Part shown: one piece after another, positions 37,601 to 43,813 of the stretch
Layout: each line of letters starts with the position of its first letter
Position numbering within the stretch: position 1 is the first letter of the stretch
Program-made: the position numbers and the translations under genes
The notes under the pieces: model-generated
Database searches by the model: none
What the model saw: only the letters and a program-made list of their open reading frames with translations
What the model was told of the DNA's origin: nothing
NCBI RefSeq assembly: GCF_000002075.1
Contig: NW_004797273.1
Span: forward strand, 2,727,402-2,789,979
DNA length: 62,578 bases
DNA from: Aplysia californica
Lineage: Eukaryota
Reading direction: 5' to 3'

Positions 37601-40283
37601 AGCCAGTGAAGAAGAAGGCCAAGACGATTCTGCGAGGTCTAAACGATTCGCAAACTGGTTTGGTGGCTCTTTCTCGAACTTTCCATACTACGGAAGATAT
37701 ATGAATGGTTGGATGCCATACTGGTGGTCTCCCTACAGTTGGTCTTTCTCGTTTAATTGGCCCTGGGGAAGGTATCCAAGGGAAACTGGCGAAAATTCAC
37801 AAGAGGCGGCTGGCCGAGAGAAGAGAGATACCGGTGACGTCTTGGATAGAAGTAAACGATTCTACAACATGAACCACTGGCCAATGGGATACGAGTATCC
37901 GTCGTTTTCTAGAAATATGTGGCACGGAGACTGGAACTCTTACCGCTGGAATTCCATGTTTAATAATTACTCTCCTCGATGGTGGTGGTGGTGGCGGTAC
38001 AACAGCATGAACAGAGGTCGCTATTATCGCCATGCCGAAAAACTCGAAGAGGAAAAAAACGCTGAAGATAAAAGATACAAACGGGAAGTAGAGAACACCA
38101 GCCCAGCAAAGCGACAGGCTTGGAATTATGGGGATCCCTACATGAGCCAGCGTTATTCATACGACAGAAACTTCCCAGGAATGCAAAGTCCTCACTTTGG
38201 ACAACAGTTCTGGTACGGACAATTTGGGAGACCTTGGAATGGGATGTCAAGATGGCGGAGATTTGACGGTGACTCATCGAAAGAATCGGAAGATTATATC
38301 AGCACCATAACGGAGAAACGAGAAAAGAGAAATGCTGTGAATGCCCCCTCGAAAGAAAAGCGATTCGGAGGGATGAATTACTTTCCCCGAACCCAACCCT
38401 TTCAATCAATGTACGGCAACAGTATGAGGTATGGATATTCTAATTCCTTTCCGTGGCGTGGTGGCTACTACAACAGTTTTGATCCGTCCTTGGATTATAA
38501 CTGGGGCCAGGGTCGGTTCAACAGGCAAACATCAGATCTTGACGATAAACCTGAGAGTGGCGAGATACGAAACAAAAGGGAAGCACAGGGTGTTGCCAGA
38601 GACGACAACTTGCTTAAGGATTCCAAACGGAGTAATACGGCCAATAATTGGCTCGGACGTCCGAAAATGGGAAATAATTTCAGTACTTTGCGCGGAAATC
38701 CTAAGGTGAACACTGGCAACAGCTGGTCTGGAAATCCCAATATGGGGAACAATGCAAATAGTTGGCGGTATCCTAGGAACTGGAGAAGTTGGAATCAGCG
38801 ATACTCTTTTTTCCGAGACAATGACTGGCAATGGGAGTACCGGTGGCCACAAAATATGCAAAACTACCCTATAGGGTACAACAATTTTGAGAGAGGTTAC
38901 AACTTTCCCAACAGAAGGAGCGGCCCATCCAGCTTTGGTTTCCCCCGATCCTCAATAGGATGGCGATTTAATAGAGAGACCGATAAAGGGGAAGAAGAAG
39001 ATGCAGAAGAAGTTGTTGCTGAAAGAACCAAAAGAGAAGCAAAAGCAACCCCCTCCGCCAAACGTGGAGTTTGGCAAAATCGTCTTCCTTACTCGCAAAA
39101 CCAGTTTAGCTATCCCTTCTTCTCTGGATACAACAACGGTTTCTGGAGTCAGCCTTACTGGTACTGGTACCCTATGGGCAACAGCTGGCGAGGGATGTAC
39201 GGGTGGCCGGGAGGGAATATGTGGCCCTGGAATAGATTCCGAAGAGAATCATCCGACTCAGCAGAGAACGGAGTAGCGGGCAGGAAAAAACGAAGTGTTA
39301 GAAATGCCGGGAGCGAATTCAGGAATAAATACGGAAACATGGACTACTTTAATGGTCTACCATCAAGCTACAGATCGGGTCACAACAACAATAACAACAA
39401 CAACTGGCAGGCAGATAGCTCAAGCATGTACCCCACGCGAGATATGTTCGATTTCCAGTACATGCCTCGTTCCAACATGAATGGAGGTCGGTTCTACAGA
39501 GAAACGGACGAAAAGTCCGATGAAATCACATCTGAGAGACAGAAAAGAGACACATCCACAAAAGTGAAGAGGCAGTCACCTTGGTTCGGATTCCCAGGAA
39601 TGACAAATAATATGTGGGGGAACTCGTTTTCTCCCTTTAGATATTCGGGATATATGTGGCCCTATTCTAGATACTACTGGTACTGGAGCTACATGTACCC
39701 TCGGGGTAACAACTGGGGCTGGGGTAGATGGCCAAGAGAGGCTACAGCCGCGTCAGGAATAGGTTCTGGGGACAGGGAGAAGCGGGAGACAGACGAAGGA
39801 GACTCAGATAGGGAGAAGAGGTTCGGAAACTGGAACAATATGCCTTGGTCGATGTTTGGCAATTCGCGGTCGTCTTACGGGAACCAATGGCCTTACCAGT
39901 GGAATAATTACGGCTCTAACTATATGAATGGCTATACAAATCCTGCATACATGGGCTCCTATCGATATTACAGACAAGCTCCGGATAACGCGGATTCTGA
40001 AAGCGAACTAGAAAAAGGGGTTGATTCAGAAGCAGGGAGAGAAAAAAGGTGGGCGCCGTCTGGAATGTGGTATGGCAGGGGATATGATTCTTCTACAAGG
40101 GGTTGGCAAAATCCTTGGTATAACTGGAACGGTATGATGATGGGTAGAGGGGGGATGCCTGGTCAAGGGCGATCGTGGTGGTCAAATCCCCGATTCTGGT
40201 ATAAAAGGGAAGCAAAAAAACAGCCCTCTGGGATCACAGAAGGGGATGCTATGAAAGAAAATAATGAAGACATTTCACAGTAA
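8527..40283 (+). CDS. Giant secreted precursor (~3,725 aa, 13 coding exons): signal peptide + three EF-hand modules + convertase-cleaved polyprotein of aromatic-rich peptides
   Basis: Manually joined exons 8527-8612, 10083-10213, 11578-11739, 14191-14231, 15754-15806, 16460-16584, 17228-17386, 17975-18021, 19225-19298, 21531-21655, 26124-26273, 29746-29831 and 30345-40283. All have AG/GT boundaries, matching phases and no in-frame stop (1239 nt + 9939 nt). Confidence 0.85.
10083..10213 (+). CDS. Coding exon 2: EF-hand module 1a (ADSTGDGLVTSTEF)
   Basis: AG acceptor at 10082, EF loop DxxGDGxVxxxEF, donor G|GTGAGA, phase 2->1. Confidence 0.8.
10810..11502. mobile_element. hAT-like MITE copy 1 (left end lost in gap)
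   Basis: Colinear, diverged copy of 11819-12555; right end ...GCGCCCCGCAACTG abuts a (GATA)n tract. Confidence 0.75.
11578..11739 (+). CDS. Coding exon 3: EF-hand module 1b (DRQVSRDEFLDYY...MFDALNDPRGGDNVITPSDV)
   Basis: tcctcAG acceptor, A|GTAAGC donor, 162 nt, phase 1->1, EF-like motifs. Confidence 0.85.
11819..12555. mobile_element. hAT-like MITE copy 2 with 8-bp target-site duplication
   Basis: Ends GAGTGGCG...CGCCACTG (short TIR); direct repeat AATCTGAG at 11811-11818 and 12556-12563. Confidence 0.8.
14191..14231 (+). CDS. Coding exon 4 (NYASVSEYQKGLEK)
   Basis: tcccccacAG acceptor, AAG|GTAAGG donor, 41 nt, phase 1->0; positional counterpart of the 47-nt exon at 17975. Confidence 0.75.
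15754..15806 (+). CDS. Coding exon 5 (WMRQSSEKLYDILTAPQ), inter-module linker
   Basis: tttttgttcacAG acceptor, GT|GTAAGT donor, phase 0->2. Confidence 0.75.
16460..16584 (+). CDS. Coding exon 6: EF-hand module 2a (MDTDRDGVISMSEL)
   Basis: ctcAG acceptor, canonical EF loop, G|GTCAGT donor, 125 nt, phase 2->1. Confidence 0.88.
17228..17386 (+). CDS. Coding exon 7: EF-hand module 2b (AFDYFDKDGDLKITARDL...MDRD)
   Basis: tttcAG acceptor, EF loops, G|GTTAGT donor, 159 nt, phase 1->1. Confidence 0.88.
17975..18021 (+). CDS. Coding exon 8 (GDNQVSTEEVVRFVER), completes EF loop DRDGDNQVSTEEV
   Basis: Long T tract + cacAG acceptor, AGG|GTAAGA donor, 47 nt, phase 1->0. Confidence 0.88.
19225..19298 (+). 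CDS. Coding exon 9 (GYKLSRRMVGRPVADLMIRCPAPW), inter-module linker
   Basis: ctcccAG acceptor, TG|GTGAGT donor, phase 0->2. Confidence 0.78.
21531..21655 (+). CDS. Coding exon 10: EF-hand module 3a (FDDDFDGWITQKDL...VFDTD)
   Basis: tttctgacAG acceptor, G|GTGAGA donor, 125 nt (same length as exon 6), phase 2->1. Confidence 0.88.
22780..24600 (-). mobile_element. Decayed Helitron (RepHel, PIF1-like helicase) fragment in intron 10
   Basis: Fragments SYQDACNQLGLLDGD, LNEEQRIVYD...GGTRKT...ATALSGIAATQLSNGR, FINSLCPSDMPPHKLTL and MLLKNLDP..CNGTR, with multiple frameshifts. Confidence 0.9.
25630..25850. repeat. Degenerate minisatellite (~70-bp unit, ~3 copies)
   Basis: Repeated TGTGGCA.ACAC.CA.GACAAA.CACAAA.CGCACTT.TGT.C units. 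Confidence 0.6.
26124..26273 (+). CDS. Coding exon 11: EF-hand module 3b (DDGLISRAEYL...MFDLADVNGDTKLDGSDW)
   Basis: ttgtAG acceptor, EF loops, G|GTGAGT donor, 150 nt, phase 1->1. Confidence 0.88.
28670..28990. repeat. Dispersed repeat (probable non-autonomous DNA element); related copies at ~45220-45480 and ~51340-51450
   Basis: Shared CCGAAATT.GAAT...TCACAGTTTCACTTTGATTTTTTCACAC..GTAGG segment. Confidence 0.55.
29746..29831 (+). CDS. Coding exon 12 (DDFALSVCDARRSVLDLARMAEEFSSLLD), bridges the EF region to the giant exon
   Basis: ttctgtcttctgcAG acceptor, GAT|GTGCGT donor, 86 nt. Phase 1->0 is exactly what is needed to join exon 11 to the open frame of the giant exon. Confidence 0.72.
29884..30090 (+). 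mobile_element. tRNA-derived SINE (near full length); relatives at ~1990-2095, ~15585-15710, ~21725-21920 and 41455-42220
   Basis: A box GGTGTAGTGGCTAGG, B box GAGTTCGATTCC, shared body CTCAGTCCAGGTTGGCCTTGACAGGTAG. Confidence 0.75.
30345..40283 (+). CDS. Coding exon 13 (9.9 kb, 3312 aa): polyprotein of ~30-35 W/Y/F/M/N/G/R-rich peptides alternating with acidic spacers, with KR and RxxR cleavage sites
   Basis: ttcattcacAG acceptor at 30344; reads AQDKRNAM into the 3305-aa ORF 30366-40283; dozens of RxKR/KR and RFYR/RYYR/RWRR-type sites. Confidence 0.93.
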   Translation, partial: AQDKRNAMHNRLREEWSMYLQQGQQPGWMAGGGSSPFYDSSQQCALQRACYVGEYTESWDRPDAWLWWGKMGVSQSMVDQSNWVGPSSQNPWLSGGGGGSQSNWPGMTSQSPWFNQGGNSQQWTGMNNPGQWGGAVPNQQGGSDMYPMWSYRRSTVGENGKAQSDSQGATRSAKRMNNQDRVFTNYQRLYEQYSNTEKNTPTPGPSAVQRKNFSPPQPKPSRLHKAGSAGERGGNARKQERPWIPNKGVSDPKLPKLPGVSGNVQQSGAWDSGSNAQRPGVTGAGGVNRGWPATTTTGADSVGGQPGRNLADTPFKPKDPPAGRPENDLRKPPIIRPTLRPGKQGMQMPVLGYPVVVGVDPWMLGGMPGWRMFSRKRREHISTENTDADDLEGDVAVDEGDEESSIDAPDRKRREATMTENSNQNTNETVNDGPESWDDAMDWNPMNFHHMNFRPNPMDMWMAMMMESAMWEAAHSNMSGDFNNSFLGNFSQEDMDWMMDQFFSMMDSGGENGHFDSNDDGDRNRRDAEVTEELTDEAARLKRQMGNYQQFYNEFPMFGRWWDWNFINNDWYGFSGNNFDCCWGGRSKRSTEDKKAPKVKGVTPRSGSSETSRRHFSFSPKVKSQRTGDNQKQNNVWRNTFNTPGSQNRWKQQKTTNGPFRLNFGAGEKYGFSGNRWTNGQMPVNAGQNQRNFWKNLMGSSNNKKFPQGYEPNYQWKQNNFESSPMWQGRTSSEPWGNVVPFKDTASMMNGQGQQPWAPNRGWEFYDSPYNRVSGNEGLDQWPFGPPPMNEWQSIFKRAPNFWPMSGPAQEDFNRMMMIFWQNRFVKRDTANSATLGDEEMSANTETSNGPNRKKREASPEPTLTSEESAEVSDGKKTKRWGDWGNWNQGGFSDPECMEWTAPLTYRSPWEGWNMLRGNRAITKKDATVQNLDERVKRDTDADKKRQAKCRSKYGNKKQPYGQMYNQGGQTFSPYYQSTDWLGDPWGGYQDNYFNRYYRDAEEGTETQNEDKPSTRTKRMAFWPMYPYSTSFWNGWWNNQWSGGWRNWYHRMFSNPMSHQWRRNWFSRMSSNPMFYQWRNWFNRMNFYPMNYPWRSWYRWRRHAEVDQEGDINNERTKRSADNDATREKRFGNFWNTQMNNGMPWQYGNGDWWFSQNFDPMFDNNWRYSRSSSLEKKAEGDSRGKRSFYSPMFWQQWNNWQNPMWMNSFWRYYSMRDFYGLPFSRSYRDVSGNIKAKMENSDGNLSSNERSKREAYQSRQPNPAQNPRGMGFWNNNNQFDQRNSRTEGIYGERGFDPQTRNLYPHPPAHRSDSSNSYGFNNNEKQWNTFGSQWKSDNVREDAWYTRMKRSADGVERVKRQGFPNWNNGYNRWWWGWPMYWSGFGFRPNQRSMGTQNPYNYFSRSIWPMNGYVYNPRFWWWSMYRGMFASRNGYSRMSMYPYWNQWNRRWPRMWFSPMLSRFGRDSDDTESVEEEGLSNEHRIAKRSSNGHILNDMFQTGKVSADRRDRESLPFSPSSRYRRSSNDPQDVVSPEDESNVNFPNWQELVDAFGFTNPWSFLFGKDGKGLSGGSDSVNSNATPLKVARSADASKTKRFAGDWYGSGWNRQQSMFPWMNQNRFPWMYQNRFPWMYQNYFPRMNGNYWFNYPQYFNSMRRYPMFDQWRRWYFMSRPYSPWSVQHPFYSGRGQRRVQQYPLNPTAKTRASTSKATKDKKSRTRRETMENIDMQKQPTRDDFIETEKRDVSEVWGENLTPRETVLNNQEPGQRSERSGGFGPWWPMGRMNSWYPYMYPNYFWGGQYRWNNWPQYWYPRYSRVYRETDDNEPREKRDSEQGERKKRWWQQNFNSPMPFSELEGYSSNHPMQPNYGWPEMGWGPSRWFYRRDAAENGDGDTTLGDVTNSEREKRAADAPSDSDRSKRFGGSSNPWYQFNSPWYNRDFGQRYWYDQRWPSFSETWRFGNSRPRFYRQGAKGPTVQSAKRLKRGAESESLAKRESFWHGEQMWNNMPGGGGSRSFGSFSYPPWWGDRWHSDSQWGMGSNPWNWQRSQRETTSSSSANSEDDQNKEASSSSERFKRFAYPYEQFNFPWMWNTYWQKYFYFNNPEYFEENMGIGRFYRDAEGENESGDKQRAKRDTEEAVSKRGAHCMYFTEGRCWYSESSYRPYMNSRGGYPWSGNSWIGDSKWPGQMWQSGRFKRETMKPSPLSQRASFTAAYRNQNRGKRFWPTMAYWWPYYQPQNNFYFSNRNWGYNWWNMDYPYYFPSYFYGNNMFRNRVYREAGAGDETKNSDESKSQDEPRTVVKREAQRYWRPQMNNMMNDRFNQQPREQNSGFGFNDWNRQKHWPKYMGQNRYRREVDESPLDSSDDSSREKRQWGGYNMAGHPWGYDGMSSRFWNSRGWNSYPWSWQYSPGRYRFMREAESAASEEEGQDDSARSKRFANWFGGSFSNFPYYGRYMNGWMPYWWSPYSWSFSFNWPWGRYPRETGENSQEAAGREKRDTGDVLDRSKRFYNMNHWPMGYEYPSFSRNMWHGDWNSYRWNSMFNNYSPRWWWWWRYNSMNRGRYYRHAEKLEEEKNAEDKRYKREVENTSPAKRQAWNYGDPYMSQRYSYDRNFPGMQSPHFGQQFWYGQFGRPWNGMSRWRRFDGDSSKESEDYISTITEKREKRNAVNAPSKEKRFGGMNYFPRTQPFQSMYGNSMRYGYSNSFPWRGGYYNSFDPSLDYNWGQGRFNRQTSDLDDKPESGEIRNKREAQGVARDDNLLKDSKRSNTANNWLGRPKMGNNFSTLRGNPKVNTGNSWSGNPNMGNNANSWRYPRNWRSWNQRYSFFRDNDWQWEYRWPQNMQNYPIGYNNFERGYNFPNRRSGPSSFGFPRSSIGWRFNRETDKGEEEDAEEVVAERTKREAKATPSAKRGVWQNRLPYSQNQFSYPFFSGYNNGFWSQPYWYWYPMGNSWRGMYGWPGGNMWPWNRFRRESSDSAENGVAGRKKRSVRNAGSEFRNKYGNMDYFNGLPSSYRSGHNNNNNNNWQADSSSMYPTRDMFDFQYMPRSNMNGGRFYRETDEKSDEITSERQKRDTSTKVKRQSPWFGFPGMTNNMWGNSFSPFRYSGYMWPYSRYYWYWSYMYPRGNNWGWGRWPREATAASGIGSGDREKRETDEGDSDREKRFGNWNNMPWSMFGNSRSSYGNQWPYQWNNYGSNYMNGYTNPAYMGSYRYYRQAPDNADSESELEKGVDSEAGREKRWAPSGMWYGRGYDSSTRGWQNPWYNWNGMMMGRGGMPGQGRSWWSNPRFWYKREAKKQPSGITEGDAMKENNEDISQ

Positions 40284-40866
40284 GACGGAACGCGTTGACT
40301 TGTGAGAAATACTAGGGATTCTTATGTCTTAAACACTTTTCATTAGCCGAACTATGAGCCTACTCGTGCGTTAAAACTAAGCTATTTGAACGGCAAACTG
40401 TAAAGTAAAGGACCATTTTAAAGCTTTCTGAATTGTAACGGACCATCTACTATGTTGTAATGTTAGCGGTATTGTTTGGGTTTTTTTGCATTTTGGTATA
40501 TTTTCAAATTGACTCTATTACAACAGTGCGATTGGTAGCAATTTACACGAAAAGGGAAACGACACCTTTCTTAAATTTGCACTTTGAAGTGATTACAGAA
40601 AGTTTACAAGTAATAACTTTCTGATGTAGGCTTGTGAGACGCAGTGTCACTTCTTTTGTAACAATAATTCCGGATAAAGCAGAGGAATGTTGTAAATTGT
40701 TGACTAACAACACGCATACACATGTTTCGCTTTGCTAACAAATTATGCTGCAGAACAAGACACAGCTCAGACTACTGCAATGTACAATACAACATTGTAA
40801 GAGGACATGAATCTTCATTCGCCTTCTCATTACTGTCCCTTATTAACTTTGAATTCATGATTGAAC

Positions 40867-40872
40867 AATAAA
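40867..40872 (+). terminator. Putative polyadenylation signal of the giant precursor gene
   Basis: AATAAA ~580 nt after the stop codon, followed by T-rich sequence. Confidence 0.5.
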
Positions 40873-41548
40873 AGACATTTTCAATTCTAAGCACGCTGAC
40901 TAAATCTCTTTATTCTATGTCATCTTTCACCTTTGAGTTTGGGACTTTACACTTCCTTGTTACTCACTTGTAGACAGTGCATTAGATCTAATTATTTCTG
41001 ATATAATTTTGTTTTGATTAAAAGCCTCTCCTAGCTTGCCCAACAATAATTAAGTTTGATAGCAAATAAAAGGTCTTCAGTATATTGCCCGCTGTGAGAA
41101 CTAATAGAATAAGGCATTTAAAAAATATTTTTTTGTCCACAGAAGCTTGTAAAGAGTCAGGCATCGTAGTCTGGCCTTGAAAGTTTTACTTATATTTTTA
41201 CTGATAATGTGGAACAAAACATAAAAACTACAACAAAAACAATAAATATGGGGTTGTCATTTACTATGAAGAAGTGAGCTGCATGCATAAATGCTCCCTC
41301 CCTCCTTGTGAGGTACACAGGGTTAAACCTATTTCAAGCACAGCGAAACTATGAAATAGAATTCTAGGGTTTTTTTTGGCTCTTACAGCAAAGGCTATTT
41401 ACAAGAATGGCAATTTGAAGGAACATTTTTCTCTCACAGGGTCAAACCACCAGCGACTGTGGTGTAGTGGTTAGGCCCTTTGCTGCAGCACGCAAGAGAC
41501 TTGAGTTTGATTCCAGAGCAGAGAGAAATTTTTATCGAGTATATCACC

Positions 41549-42095
41549 GGTAACTGCCAAGGTAAGGTCAGGATTCAATCAATTATCAAAAGTCTGGAAA
41601 GCAAGCAACATCTCACTGCGCACCAAGATTCGACTCTTTAACTCCAACGTCAAGTCTATGCTATTCTACGGCTGTGAAACTTGGAAGACAACAAAGACAG
41701 TACTGAATAAAGTCCAGACTTTCATCAACAGATGTATGACGAGTATTCAAAGAATTAAGTGGCAGGATAGAATAGGAAATGAAGAGCTGTGGGAAAGGAC
41801 AGGACAAAGGATAAAGAAGTAGAAATAGGACTAAGAAAGTGGCGATGGATGTGACACACCTTAATTAAGAAAGCCCAGCGGAAACATCACAAGACAGTCA
41901 ATGCAGTAGAACCCACAGGGAGCAAGAGGCAGGGGTACGCCACAGGAAACATGGAAGAGAAGTGTGGAAAGGGACATGAGAGAGATGAAGTTCATTTGGA
42001 ACGAGCTAGGAAGGATGGCCCAAGACAGATATAAATGGAAGAAGCTTGTATTTGGCCAATACCCTGCCAGGGGTGAAAGGCATTGATGATATATG
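41549..42095 (+). mobile_element. 5'-truncated RTE-clade LINE inserted into a SINE, with 8-bp TSD
   Basis: Encodes ..ISLRTKIRLFNSNVKSMLFYGCETW.. (RTE C-terminus); TGATGA-like tail; ATATCACC at 41541-41548 and 42096-42103. Confidence 0.85.
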
Positions 42096-42440
42096 ATATC
42101 ACCAGTGTCTCTGCAGGGATGTTGTATTCTCCTCTGAGTCCGGGTTGGCCCTGATATACAGAGCTGGAAGCCTACCTCCTTAATGATCTAAATTGGTTGA
42201 TGGGGGCATAAGAAACATCTAAATTTGTTTCTTTATTAAGGGCCAAGTAAAAAGTTTGGAGTGTCATACAAATCCATAGATATACTTAGCCCAAGAAGCG
42301 CCTTTGGAAATCTGAAACAGAATCCCTCATATCACATTTCAGCACAACACTATCAACAAAGATAACAGCATGTCCCATTCACATATAAACACATAAAGCA
42401 AAGACAAAAACAAGGAGAGACCTCATGAAAAAAGTACGTC

Positions 42441-42446
42441 TTTATT
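42441..42446 (-). terminator. Putative polyadenylation signal of DRC10
   Basis: TTTATT on + (AATAAA on -) ~1.4 kb downstream of the DRC10 stop; an alternative lies at 42232-42237. Confidence 0.4.
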
Positions 42447-43813
42447 CTTCAACTGTATGAGTAAATGTTGCATTAAAATCTTGCCCAAACAAATTCTCCT
42501 TCCTCTTTTGTCTTTACAAAAACACCCTTTGTCTTTAACTGACCTCCTGGTAGATGCTCAAAACAACGCTTTGTGAAACAAAAGCCACTCTGTAATGTAT
42601 ACATTGTTTCTAAACCATTTCTATATAGACCACAACATTGTACGCTAAAACACAAAATTACAGGCTATAAAACAACTTTAAAATATTTTGGTATGTACCA
42701 ATTGGACGGAATACTATGATTAAAAAAAAAAGATAAAAATGTGAAACTCACTGTGAAGCTTCCTGAAAATGTGAATTCTTTAGTAAAACTGCATGAAAGC
42801 AGGTGAAAGATAGAGTTAGTTTAATACATGTATTTAATTATTGTTTAAAAAACGGAACAAAGGCATCTGTTTAATGCCTCTTTGAATGCAGTAAAGTTAC
42901 TTAAGACACAGGACATCTGATTCATGTTCCATCTCTGATAGCACTGAGCCAGAAGAAGAAATAACTCTAGAATGGCTCCCTGGGGATTTGAGGATGAGAA
43001 TGAAAAAAGGTGGTTGAAAAAAGAAACCTAACTGTGTTGCATTTTACAGCAACTACAAACACCATCAAGCTTGACACTATCATTTTTAGAGTGAACTGCA
43101 TGGATTGATGGAAGCACAAGGGATCTTTACTGCAGTCAAAATACTAAAGTATCACAACAGCCTACAATAGTGGCATAGTGCAAACCATAACAAATCAACC
43201 AACTATTCAGGGAGAAACTCGAGTAACGACATGCCATAAATGCTTGGCACAAACAAAGATTAACACAGTCCTATGCTTTTGAAAAGTATTGAGGCAACTG
43301 TGTTCATTAAACAACAAGGCAGTGGCACACACAGCTTGAATAGGTTTCTGACAAAAGAAAGAAAACATTAAACATTAAAAAAAAATTAACCCTGTGTGCC
43401 TCGTACAGAAAACTTTATCCCCTAAATTGCTAAAATTAAGAGTAAACAGTTTTGTTTTCCACAGCATAGCATACAAATGAAAGGAAATGAGAACATACAG
43501 AGTGAGAGAAACTAAACAATGATATATATGTGACCATTTGAATGGGCCTTTTAAAAACAAAAAATTAGTTAGGACCATCAACCTTCAATCTTCCCATCTT
43601 AGAAATGAAATAAACTTTTACAGTACAAAAGTTTCATGGGGTTGCTCAAGCATTCTCCAAGCAGATGCTAAACTCAGAAAGGAGCTAGACACGCGGAGGG
43701 CTGGGAAGAGAGACAGATAAGTTGTTGTTTTCCACTGCCGCAGTCTGAAAGCAGCAATGTCAGCCCCAAACAGTAACTCAGACACGTAATCATCAACCCA
43801 CGTTTGCCCCAAG

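Noticed and set aside
30339-39480. Numerous short antisense and alternative-frame ORFs overlapping the giant exon
   Set aside because: Shadow ORFs of a long coding region with no recognisable motifs.
31975-40207. Classical neuropeptide precursor (FMRFamide, LWamide, APGWamide type)
   Set aside because: Peptides are long, mutually dissimilar, and lack a shared C-terminal motif and G-K/R amidation signals.
33400-40207. Reflectin, mfp-3 or conotoxin orthologue
   Set aside because: Only compositional resemblance: no reflectin M/FD(X)5MD(X)5MD repeat motif, no cysteine framework and no alignable sequence that I can support.
30366-40283. Treating the 3305-aa ORF as a complete single-exon gene starting at ATG 30366
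   Set aside because: It has no signal peptide despite abundant secretory convertase sites. A good acceptor lies 21 nt upstream in frame, and upstream exons supply the signal peptide.
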